Below, piece after piece: positions 23,261 to 35,887 of a stretch of 64,000 bases of DNA (position 1 is the first letter of the stretch; every line of letters begins with the position of its first letter). The stretch is from the human T2T-CHM13v2.0 reference genome, Homo sapiens, in NCBI RefSeq assembly GCF_009914755.1, contig NC_060929.1; one strand, written 5' to 3'. The position numbers and the translations under genes were made by a program. Under the pieces are notes generated by a model. The model made no database searches. It had not been told where the DNA came from and saw nothing but the letters and a program-made list of their open reading frames with translations.

Positions 23261-25095
23261 AAACAAACAACTAAACAACTTCCTGACCAAATGACCCAGG
23301 TAGATATTTCCTCTGCAGGGGCACTAATTAGCTGATTCCAAGAGTCTGCACTGCGTCCCACGCTTAGCGACATCCAATGCACGTAAAGCAGAAATTCCCC
23401 AATTAGGATGCTGGTGTGGGTCCGGAAGGCATTGAACTGGCAACAGCGGTGCCTGAGTTAGCGTATTCCAAATTCATAAACCAAGGTGACCCCTCACATT
23501 CATGAGCCTTTCACAGATGAGTCTGTAGGACGCTTCCTGGACAGGCTTATGGGGCGTGGCAGTTTGGGGCACCATTGGTGGCAGGACCCTGGGCAGTAAG
23601 GCCCTAAGGAAACTGGAAACAGGCAGGACAAAAGCGCACCCTTCTGCAGGCCCCAGCCCCAGACAGCGCCACCCAGCAGAAGAGGACCAGGACCCCTGCT
23701 ATGATTTCTGAAAGTCAAAGACACATGTCGGGTGCCCAAGAAGGGAAGAAAGTGAAGGCATACTGGACGCCTGCCTTGGCCAGCTCTGGCGTTGAGAGCC
23801 CCATCTGGTGTCTGAGGCCCAGAGCAATCCTAGGACTGTAAGAGTCTCCCAGAGAGGAAGGAGTGTGTCTTAGTCTGTTTCTGCTGCTATAACAAAATAC
23901 CTGAGGCTGGATAATTTATAAGTAGTAGAAATGTATGCCTCACAGTTCTAGAGGCAGAGAAGTCCAAGATCAAGTTGCTCTCTGCTCCACAGAGGGTGCC
24001 TCCCTCCTGCATCTTCACATGGGGGAAGGACAACAGCTCCCTCATACCTCTTTCTTTTATAGGGGAACGAATTCCGTTTTTTAGGGTACTACCCATGAAA
24101 GGCTCCACCTCTCAATACAATCACACTGGCAATTACGTTTCAATATATACCAGTCAACAATTATGTTTCAACATATAAATTTGTGGGGGGACATGCTCAG
24201 ACCATAGCAGATGGGTTCAAACCTAGGCCTCCATGTCCTGGGCACCTTCTGCTGCTTCTGGGATCCTTTAGGGGGTCCTGCATGAAATGAGCCTGGCAAG
24301 GACCTTTGCCAAGAGTAGGAACCCAGGGAGGCAGAGCTGGGCCCACAGGTCCAGGCCTTGAGGCTGGAGGAGTGAGGAAGTAGGAGAAAGCCCCCAGGAA
24401 GGACTCCCAGAGGGTAGAAGGGAAACTGAGGCAGGAGCCCAACAGTACCACAGCACATCCTGGCAAAGCCTACCCAGGCCCCTAGTGGTCTCAGCCAAAA
24501 GGACCACACCTCTCCTCCCCAACCCCCACCTGCCACCCCCTGCTGGCAGACATGCAGCCCCCAGGAGTGCAGAGGACGGGAGAGGTGGCAGGGGGTGCCT
24601 TTCTCCTAGAGAAGCATCACATTCTGCAATTTTAAAACAATTCTGACTCAAAATGCTTAGCCTGCATTGAGTTTTTAGGAAAGAGTCTGACAAATCCGGA
24701 TTGTGGGAGAAAATGGACGCAAGCTTTCTACAGGAACGACAAAAAGCATGTGGAAGTCCCGCTGTAGATTAAAGGGATCAAAAAGACACGGCAAACATCC
24801 AAGCCTTCATCACTGACCGGATCCTGGATATTAAAATAAGGCCAGAAAGGACACTAAACAACTAACAACTAAACAAACAACTAAACAACTTCCTGACCAA
24901 ATGACCCGGGGAGATATTTCCTCTGCAGGGGCACTAATTAGCTGATTCCAAGGGTCTGCACTCCGTCCCACGCTTAGCGACATCCACTGCACGTAAAGCA
25001 GAAATGCACCAATTAGGATGCTGGTGTGGAACCGGAAGGCCCTGAACTGGTAACAGTGGTGTCAGCTTATTCAAAATTCATAAACCAAGGTGACC
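23261..25095 (+). repeat. Dispersed direct duplication of about 230 bp (23261-23491 and 24871-25095)
   Basis: Copies align end to end at roughly 90% identity by eye. Confidence 0.92.
23866..24209 (-). mobile_element. MST/MLT1A-like MaLR LTR
   Basis: TGTCTTAGTCTGTTT...GCTATAACAAAATACC...CAGACCATAGCA. Confidence 0.75.
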
Positions 25096-25099
25096 TCTG

Positions 25100-25170
25100 C
25101 CTTCCCTCCCTCTCTCCCTCCCTTCCCTTCCCCTCCCCTCCCTCCCTCCCTCCTTCCTTCCTTCTTTCCC
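25100..25170. repeat. Polypyrimidine (CCCT/CCTT)n tract
   Basis: Pure C/T run adjoining a minus-strand Alu monomer (about 25175-25275). Confidence 0.9.
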
Positions 25171-25425
25171 GGATGGGATCTTGTTCTGTAGCCTTGAACC
25201 CCTGACCTCAAGCGATTCTCCCACCACAGCCTCCCAAAGCGCTGGGACTACAGGTATCAGTGATCTCACCTGGCTCATATTAAATTTCTTGAACGTGCAT
25301 TCAAATTGTGGTTTCCTAGAAGAATTTCCGTGTTCTAAGGTGATGCTGATGTCTTGATTCCTGTAGCTTACTCTTAAATGGCTTAGTAAAAATAATGAGC
25401 AAATGTTCCAAAGTGTTAAAAATCG

Positions 25426-26063
<638 letters not shown>

Positions 26064-27102
26064 AAGTACACCATTCTTTATGGAGCTTTTCAAGTAAAAA
26101 GGCTGCAGACATCTCTAGGTCCCCAGAGATAATGGTGGCCACCTGAATCCAATCCTCTCCTTGGTAAAAGCCAATATGGACCAAGCAGGAGAGCAAATAA
26201 AACCATCCATGCCCATGCCTCCAGCATGAGTAGGAGACAGGGCGCGCGCTCCTCTAACTGGTGTGGGCGAGGAAAGCCAACCTTCAGAACCGGCTCCAGG
26301 GCCCACGCTGGCATTGGTGGGGTGAGGGCTCAGGGAGAGGCACTGTGGGAATGAGGAGAGGGGAGCTGGGACCAAGAACTATGAAAAAAAGAAAGTCCTT
26401 TAGCCAAGTGTGGTGGCAGGTGCTTGTGGTCTCAGCTACTCGGGAGGCTGAGGTGGGAGGATCACTTGAGCCCAGGAGTTGGAGGCTGCAGTGAGCTGTG
26501 ATCGCACCAGCGCACTACAGCCTGGGTGACAGAGCGAGACCTTGTCTCTAAATAAAAACAAGAAGAAGAAAGTCCCACCCTACATGGGGAAACAGAGCAC
26601 GCCTGAGGGTGGGTGTCGGAGCACTGGCGGCTGGGGAACTGAAAGGAGACAGCATTCGAGCCCGGAGGTGGCTGTCTCAGGAAGGCCCTGCTTCTAGGGG
26701 CCAGGCATGTGGCCTGGAAGTAGAGGCAGCCTTCGGAGGCTTGCTAGTAACAGACAGGAAGTAGCAAGCCTGGACATTCAAGGACCTACGGAAGCAAAAG
26801 TGAATATTGTAAACTCAGAAAACACAAGTCCACTCCCGCCTCCCAAAGCACAAGAAAATGGTGCACTTCATGACAACAACAGGAGAGGGCGCTCTTACAC
26901 TAAGAAACCTACTACGGTTCCCAAGCCCCCAGCTCCTGCCTGCAGCCATCTGTTACCACCAGTCCAGGCAAATTAAGACATCTCTAAGTTAACAGATAAT
27001 ATCCATACAAAGCCAGTATAAAGAGCCGACACTAATCCTTCCCACAAACCCCCAATTTACAAAGGGAAAAACCACACGCAACACCTCAACTTGAATTACC
27101 TA

Positions 27103-27436
27103 ATGCTATGGTCTGGAAGTTTACGTCCCCCAAAATTTATAATGGAAACGTAGTCCCCAGTGTGATGGCATTTGGGGGCGGGGGCCTTTGTGACGAGATT
27201 AGGTCTCGAGGGCAGAGCCCTCATCAATGAGATTAGTGCCCTTAGAAAAGAGGATCCAGAGAGCTCCCTTGTCCCTTCCTCCATGTGAGGGCGTGAGGAG
27301 AGGAGCCATCTGCGAACCAGGATGCGGCCCTCACCAAATACCTTGATCTTGTACCTCCAGCCTCCAGAACTGTGAGAAATCGTTCTGTTGTTTGTAAACT
27401 AACCCAGTTTCTGATACAGATGAACAGATGAAGACA
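27103..27436 (+). mobile_element. MSTD/MLT1A-like MaLR LTR
   Basis: TGCTATGGTCTG...CCCCAAAATT...CCAGCCTCCAGAACTGTGAGAAAT. Confidence 0.75.
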
Positions 27437-28175
27437 CACTAAAAATTCAGACACATGAAGAAAATCCCTACATTATACATTCAAAAACTCAACAGAAATG
27501 GACCCAAAAAAAGGTAAATGTGAAATTAGAGTTGCCTGAACTCATGAAAAAAAATGAGGAAAAGACCATCATCTCAGAAATGAAGACTGAATTAGAAAAT
27601 CTCTTAGGGAGAACAGATTTGACTAAAAGCTTAATAGTGTTCATTAAGGAAATTAATGAAAACAACCATAAAACAAAAATAAAATTCATAGAGAAAGCAA
27701 TCTAGAATACAGATGAAAAACAGATCTAACACAAACATATTATTGGCATCTCTGAAGAAAAAAGGTAAAATAATGGTACATAATATTTAACACTATAATC
27801 TAAGAAAATGTTTTAGAAATAAAAGAAGACTTAAATATGCATATTCAAAGAGTCCCCCACGTACCTAAGATCATTTCCAAGAGAATGCCTAGTAAAATGA
27901 TTAAACTTTAAAAATAAAGAAAAAAAATTCTTTGGAGCTCCAGAAAAACAATCAAGTCACTTACAAAGGAAAGAAAGGCATGTTTATATCAGACATCTTG
28001 TCAACAATGTACAAGCAATACAACCCATAACAACATTTTTAAAAATTTAGGGACAGAAAGTAAGAGGCAAGGATTTTATAACCTGCCAATCTATCCTTCA
28101 AGTAGCAAGAGTATAGAAAGCAAGCAAGCAGGAAATAACAGTACTCACAAGTCTTTCTTTTTTTTTTTTTTTTGA

Positions 28176-28358
<183 letters not shown>

Positions 28359-28564
28359 TAGCCAGGATGGTCTCGATCTCCTGACCTCGTGATGCACCCG
28401 CCTCGGCCTCCCAAAGTGCTGGGATGACAGGTGTGAGCCACCGCGCCTGGCCAGTACTCACAAGTCTTTCTTAAGGAACCAACAGAAGCTAAGCTTTGTC
28501 CAGTCAAAGGGTGACTGGGAAAACTTTGGCAAAAATAAATATTAGTAATCAGAATCCAACATCC

Positions 28565-29589
<1,025 letters not shown>

Positions 29590-30068
29590 CTATATTCCAT
29601 CGTACGGATATATATCTTGTTTATTTATTCACCAGTTGATGAACAACTGCGTTGTCTCTACTTTTCTGGCCATTATAAGCAATGCTGTTATGAGCATTTG
29701 TGTACAAGTCTTTGTGTGGACATTTCATTGTTTTCATTTCTCTTAGATTCCTGGGAGTGGGACTGTTGGGTCATATGGTATTTTTATGTTTAAATTTTAA
29801 AGAAACTGCCAAACTATTTTCTACATCATGTCCAAGTGGGACTTATTTCAGAAATGCAAAGATGGCCTAGTGTTAATATTCATACGTTTTGTGTCTGTTT
29901 ACCTCAGCCTAGTCCCAGACCTGATATTGGGAAATCCATCACATGACTCATTATGCTACTAGTAATCAGGAGAAATATCAGATCATTATCTACATACATG
30001 GCTCTAACAAAGGTCAACACCAATCCTGATTTTAAAACTGCCAATAAAATAGGAGTCAATGGATATTC

Positions 30069-30069
30069 C

Positions 30070-30120
<51 letters not shown>

Positions 30121-30133
30121 CATCTATCTATCT
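30069..30133. repeat. (CTAT)n / (ATAG)n tetranucleotide STR
   Basis: About 13 perfect units plus an interrupted tail. Confidence 0.95.
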
Positions 30134-30387
30134 CTTCCCATCCTAAAGTCAGCATCTTTCTTAATAGGGGAAGTATTAGAGGCCTTTTTACTAAGGTCAG
30201 GAACAAGGTAAGGAGGCCCACCACATCCAATATTTAATACTGAATTGGAGGTATTCAGCCAATTTAATTAGATAAAAGAAAGCATAAAAATCAGTAGAGA
30301 AGCAGTAAAGCTATTTGAATTTGTAGATGACAGAATGACTAACAGAATCATAGATATGACTAACAACAGGCCGGTAATGGTGGCTCA

Positions 30388-30687
<300 letters not shown>

Positions 30688-32819
30688 CTAACAATAAAAC
30701 TAACAATAAAAATTCAGGTAAGACAGAAAGATATAAAATAACATACACGAAACAGTAGCCAATTCAAAGATATAATTGAAGAAAAAACCATTTATAGTAG
30801 CAACACACAAGATAAAAATACTCATGAATAAACTTCGTAAGAAATAGGAAAAACATATATGAGGAAAATTTCAAAACACTCCTAGAAGTAGTCTTGACAA
30901 ACAGAAAGACATCTCTCAGTTTTGGATAAGATAACTCAACTTCATAAAGATGCCAATTATCCTAAAGTTAATATACAAGCCTAATATAAACTTAATACGC
31001 TCTCCTTCCCCGCCCGAACAGCAGCAACGTGCTGCAACAGCCAGGAAATCCTTGCAGTAAAAAGCGATGGAAGGAACTTGCCCACCACATGTTAAAACAC
31101 AACAAGGAGAGTTGAGCCCAATCTCTCTCCTCTATTGCAATGGTCTTGAATAAAGTCCTCTTTGCCATTATTATAATATTATTATTATTATTATTATTAT
31201 TTTGAGACAGAGTCTCACTCTGTTGCCCAGGCTGGAGTGCAGGGGTACGATCTCAGCTCAGCTCACTGCAAAATCTGCCTCCCAGGTTCAGGCGATTCTC
31301 ATGCCTCAGCCTCCCAAGTAGCTGGGATTACAGGCATGTGCCACCATTCCCGGGTAATTTTTTATATATTTTGGTAGAGACAAGGTTTCACCATGTTGGC
31401 CAGGCTGGTTTCAAACTCCTGACCTCAAGTGATCTGCCTGCCTCAGCCTTCCCAAGTGCTGGGATTACAGGCGTGAGCCACTGTGCCAGGCCCTCCTTGC
31501 CTTTAAATATATTTTTTCTCTCTCTCTCTCTTTCACCAGTATGTGAACAGATGGAACAGACAGACCTGTGAGACACACTAGAAAGCCCAGAAACAGGCCC
31601 AGGGCTTGGATTTTTAGTGTATGAGAAAGGTGCATTTCAGATCACTGGAGGAAAGATGACCTTTTAAATAAATGGCTTTGGGACAGAGTGCCAGACACTT
31701 AGAAAAAGATTAAATTGGATGCAGAGACTAAGTACACAACTAAACAAATATTAGAAAACACAGATGATTGCTTTATAATTGGGCTTTTCATAGTTAGAAA
31801 AGTCTAAGTATGATTCCAAATCTATGTGAAAAGATGTCCAATTTCATTTATAATAATAGAAATATAAATTTAAAATACACTGAAATACTGTTTCTCAGCT
31901 CTCAAACCAGCGAGGCTGTGGGGAAACAGAAGACACTGTGATACATCGGTGGTGGGAATGCAAAACGGTGCTACCTCTTGACAAGGAATTTGGGACTAGC
32001 TAACAAAATAAATCCACATTCACTCCTACTTCTAGAAGTGTGTTCTAAATATACACCTTTGCAAACATTAACAATATAGGTGCAAAGTTATCCATTACTC
32101 CATTATTTTAAATTTAAAAAGACTTGGAAAAAAACAAAATTGTTCATCCAGAGGACATAATTTGAATAAACAATAATAGTATAGCCACAGAACGAAATAC
32201 TATGTGAGTGTAAAAAAGAATGAGACAGGTCTCCATGAACTGGTAAGAAGTTACTTTCAGGACATACTTCTAACTGAAGAAAAACCAGGAGCTGTACGGC
32301 TAACTTTTGTGATAATGCTTAAATGACTTGTTTTGCAGAAAGAGACACAGGAAGGATAAACCAGAAAATATTTTAAATGGCTCCCAATGGTGTGGGAACA
32401 AGGAAGAAGATGCAGGGGTGGGACTGAGACCTTTAAGGATAGCTTTTTAATAGTTCTGACCTTTAAACCATGTGTTTTACGTATTCAAAAAATAAAATTA
32501 CATCCTAAAGTCTAAAGGAAAAAAAGCTCCAAATTGAATGCAAGTAGAAACACACGAAGCTAACAGTGTGTCCGACTGATAACGTCACCACACAGCACTC
32601 TGCCTGCACACCCGTGGAAATCCCGATGCTGACCTAGCAGGTTTTGGTTGGCTTCGGTGTGGATGCAGTCATTCTGAAACTATTTCGGGGTGCATTGTGG
32701 AGCTAAGTAAATGATGAAATATATTCATGTTTGGGGGAATAAGGTTCTCACTGCAGGAGAAAGGGAAAGGAAATATTAATTTTTAGTAAAAAAGGGGCCT
32801 TGGCTTGGTCCACTGACAA

Positions 32820-33360
32820 GGCCTAGAGGCGGCGAGTGCACGCCCCACACTAAGCCCGGGTCCCACGCAAGGAACCAAGGCCCCTTGGACAAATGGCTGA
32901 CTCTGGATCTGGGTCCAGGTACAAGTGAGAGCTGGAACCACCTCAGAGACTGGCGGGGACATGGCAGGAGGGTGCAGACCCCGGCCTGAAAAGGGCCAGG
33001 TCCCGGGCAGGGCCCCACCTCTACCTGGTGGCCTGCGGGCTCCCCCTCGCCAGTCCCGCCCTGGGCTCCGCAGCCCGTCCCTCTCTCGCCTGTCCGTCTG
33101 TCGCTTGCCCTCCCTCTCCTGCCCCGGCAGTGCGCCCACCCGCCGCCACGGGCAGCCTTTCGACGCCCAACCTGCAAACCGCCTGGGGGCTGCCCAGGAC
33201 GTCCAGACCCTGTAGCGTCTCAGCTCCAGCTCCGCCCCCTCCTGCCCTCAGGGATCTCACCCGCGCTGTTCCCCCGGGCTACCCGTCCATCACAGGCTGG
33301 GCTCCCCGCTCAGGACAGCCTCCCTGACCAGACGAAGGCTCCGCCGCGCCCTGGTCTCCC
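32820..33360. promoter_or_regulatory. Secondary CpG-rich shore segment
   Basis: Elevated GC and CpG in unique sequence about 1 kb into intron 1. Confidence 0.45.
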
Positions 33361-34585
33361 TCTGCCCCAGTCACCCTACTGCATGTTCTTCCCAGCACGC
33401 ATAAGATCTTGGCCATGTCCTTGCTTTTGCCTTTGATTTCTTGTTTGGTGTCCCCTCCCACACCAGCTAGTGAGCACTTACGGGGGCAGGCAGCAGGCGG
33501 CACACAGTAGGCGCTCAATGAATGTGGCCAGTGAGTGGACAACCCTAGCCCCCCTCCACCGGTCGCCTGCACAGTGGCTGCACTATGGCTGTTGGAGCCA
33601 GTCTTACCAGAGGTGGGACCCCAGCGTTGCCACTCCATGGTCCCGCCCCTCTCTAAACCTCAGTTACTCCACCTGCCTGGCAGGCAGAGCTTCCCAGGAC
33701 TCTTCTCAGGCTCCCGGGGCTCAGAACTTCTGTCTCTCCCACAGCCCCAGGAGGCAGGAGATACGGGCCCGGAAGAGCTCCACCAGCACCCCAACTTCCC
33801 AGCTCTGTCTTTCCCACAGTTTCCCACGCCCACGCTGAGCATGGGGCGGCGTCGCCAGCACCCTTCCCCAAGTCCCCCCAAGCATCGCTTTCCCAATCTA
33901 AATACAATGAGTGGACCAGGTGGTCCCTTGATGCCGTCCGCTGTCACTGCGTGAGAGACACACCCAGGACTCCCAGCAGACCCCACTGTTCTCGAAGGCC
34001 CTCTGATAGTGGCGCTGGTCCTTTCCTCAAATCCGATCCCATCCTCAAGGGTGACAGCACCCTCTTCCCCCAGGCGCAAGGCCCTTTCCCTTCTGCACGT
34101 GCACCGGCAGGTCTGCTTTCCCGTCCCCATTTCATAGACGGGGAAACTGAGGTCCGGTGCGGGTGGAGGCTTTGGTCCAGGCTGGCTCTTCCTGCCACTC
34201 TAGCGGCTGAAAGAAGCTTGCTCCTCGCGCCCAGCAGGGGCTGGCGGCGCGCGGCAGAGCTGGGTCTCCCGCCAGGTGGCCGGGGGTGTGCCCTCAGGGT
34301 ACCCTACCCGCTACCCCCGCGCCTCCAGTCCCGGCGGCCGCGCGGACCCCGCCCCTGCTGACCCCGGCGCACGCTCCCGCGCCGCGCGCAGCCTCCCGCC
34401 TCCCGCCGACCCCGCCGCGCCGCCGGCAGCCCTCCCCAGCCCCCGCGAGCCCGCGCCCTTGCCCGCACCGCCAGGTGTCCCTCGGCCGCGCACCACTCAC
34501 CGGCTCCCGGCGCGCCGGAACTCCGGGCCCGGCCCATGGGCAGCTCCCGGTGCGAGCCTCGGCGCCGCGGACCGGGGCGCCGCCC

Positions 34586-34603
34586 GCCGCCGCCGCCGCC
34601 GCC
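34586..34603 (-). repeat. (GGC)6 trinucleotide repeat in exon 1
   Basis: + strand GCC x6, counted directly. Confidence 0.95.
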
Positions 34604-34667
34604 CGACCGCCCGGCTCCCAGCGCAGCCCGCACGAGCGCCTGGCGGCGGCCCCGGAGCAACGCGGCG

Positions 34668-34686
34668 CTGCGCCCCCTCGTGGCAC
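34668..34686 (-). promoter_or_regulatory. CTCF motif
   Basis: Minus strand GTGCCACGAGGGGGCGCAG versus consensus TGGCCACCAGGGGGCGCTA. Confidence 0.65.
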
Positions 34687-35263
34687 TCAGGCAGCGCGGA
34701 GCGGGCGGGGCGCGGGGTGGAGCTGCGGGAGCCCGCGGGCGGCGCTGCACACCAGGGCCCTCCGTGCCCCGGCCGCGGAGCCAAGCGTCCCGCCCTGCGT
34801 TCAGGCCTCCGCGGCGGCTGGCTCCCCGCGCCAGGACCACCCGCTCGGGCCGTCAGACGCTGCCCTCCCGCGCGCGGACCCTGGCGGACTCTGCGCCCCA
34901 GCTGCCCCAGCCTACACCTCACCTGGTGGGCCTCTGGCGCCCCAAAACCCAGTTCACCCTCTCTCCTCAAGACTGGGCCCGGCCCGGTTCTCTGGACTGG
35001 CCACCTAGGTTGTCTGTGTCCCCCAATGGGACATCCCTGGGTGGACACCCCCCCTCCCCAACCTTCTCGGCGCTCTCCCGTGGCCCCCAGGGAGGGTGGA
35101 CACCACTTTGAAGACACCGGGGTTCTGGGAGGATGGCGATGCATGATTTCACTTTTAGAAAGGGAGAGGGGCTCTAACAGGATCCAGTGGCCTCCTTGAA
35201 CTGGGTCTTCAGTGAAAAGTTCCCTGGTTGGTCCCAGCATAGAGGTCAGGACACCTGTCCTCC

Positions 35264-35887
35264 TGTGTCCGCAGTTTGTCCCTTCCGCTGGGTTCCTGGT
35301 CTGGCTGACTTCAAGAATGAGCCAGGGACCTTGGCAGTGAGTGTTACAGCTCTTAAAGGTGGTGCGACGGTGAAACCCTGTCTGTACTAAAAATACAAAA
35401 AAATTAGCCAGGTTTGGTGGTGGGCGCTTGTGGTCCCAGCTATTCGGGAGGCTGAGGCAGGAGAAGGGCGTGAACCCGGGGAGGTGGAGCTTGCAGTGAG
35501 CAGAGATTGCACCACTGCACTGTAGCCTGGGCGACAGAGCAAGACTCCATCTCAAAAAAAAAAAAAAAGAAAAGAAAAGAAAAAGGTGGTGCAGACCCAA
35601 AGAGTGCGTAGCAGCAAAATGTCTTGTGAAGAGCAAGAGAACAAAGCTTCCACAGCAGGGAAAAAGACCACAGCCGGTCGCCGCTGTTGCTGGCTGGCGA
35701 GGGGTGGGCGGGCAGCTTTTATTCCCTTATTTGTCCCCACCCATGTCCTGCTGATTGGTCCGTTTCACGGAGTGCTGATTGGTGCGTTTTTACAGAGTGC
35801 TGATTGGTGCATTTACAATCCTCTAGCTAGCCAGAAAAGTTCTCCAAGTCCCCACCCGACACGGAAGTTCCAGCTGCCTTCACCTCA
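35264..35887 (-). mobile_element. LTR12-family (LTR12F-like) solo LTR upstream of the RASGEF1C CpG island
   Basis: Same LTR sequence as 7493-8456 (CTGACTTCAAGAATGA, GTGTTACAGCTCTTAAAGGTGG, CTGATTGG boxes); flanks CTCC/CTCT resemble a 4-bp TSD. Confidence 0.88.
35367..35583 (+). mobile_element. 5'-truncated AluY-like element inside the LTR12
   Basis: Starts at ACGGTGAAACCC, full right arm and A tail; TSD AAAGGTGGTGC at 35355 and 35582. Confidence 0.9.

Larger units (their letters stand above)
34501..34690 (-). other. RASGEF1C: RASGEF1C first exon (5'UTR); TSS position approximate
   Basis: Strong donor GCCG|GTGAGT at 34500-34495 inside a CpG island, with a GGC repeat; about 24 kb downstream of the MAPK9 3' end on the same strand, matching known 5q35.3 gene order. 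Identity rests on synteny, not coding sequence. Confidence 0.8.
34220..34900. promoter_or_regulatory. CpG island promoter
   Basis: Very GC-rich with dense CpG, and a GC box (GGGCGGGG near 34703). Confidence 0.92.

Noticed and set aside
23261-25095. The 230-bp direct repeats as paired LTRs of an unknown retroelement
   Set aside because: No TG...CA termini, TSD, primer-binding site or polypurine tract; interior is unrelated DNA plus an MST LTR
34276-35636. 307-aa, 240-aa and 379-aa Pro/Arg/Ala-rich ORFs
   Set aside because: Stop-codon scarcity in a CpG island; the longest also runs through LTR and Alu sequence; no recognisable domain
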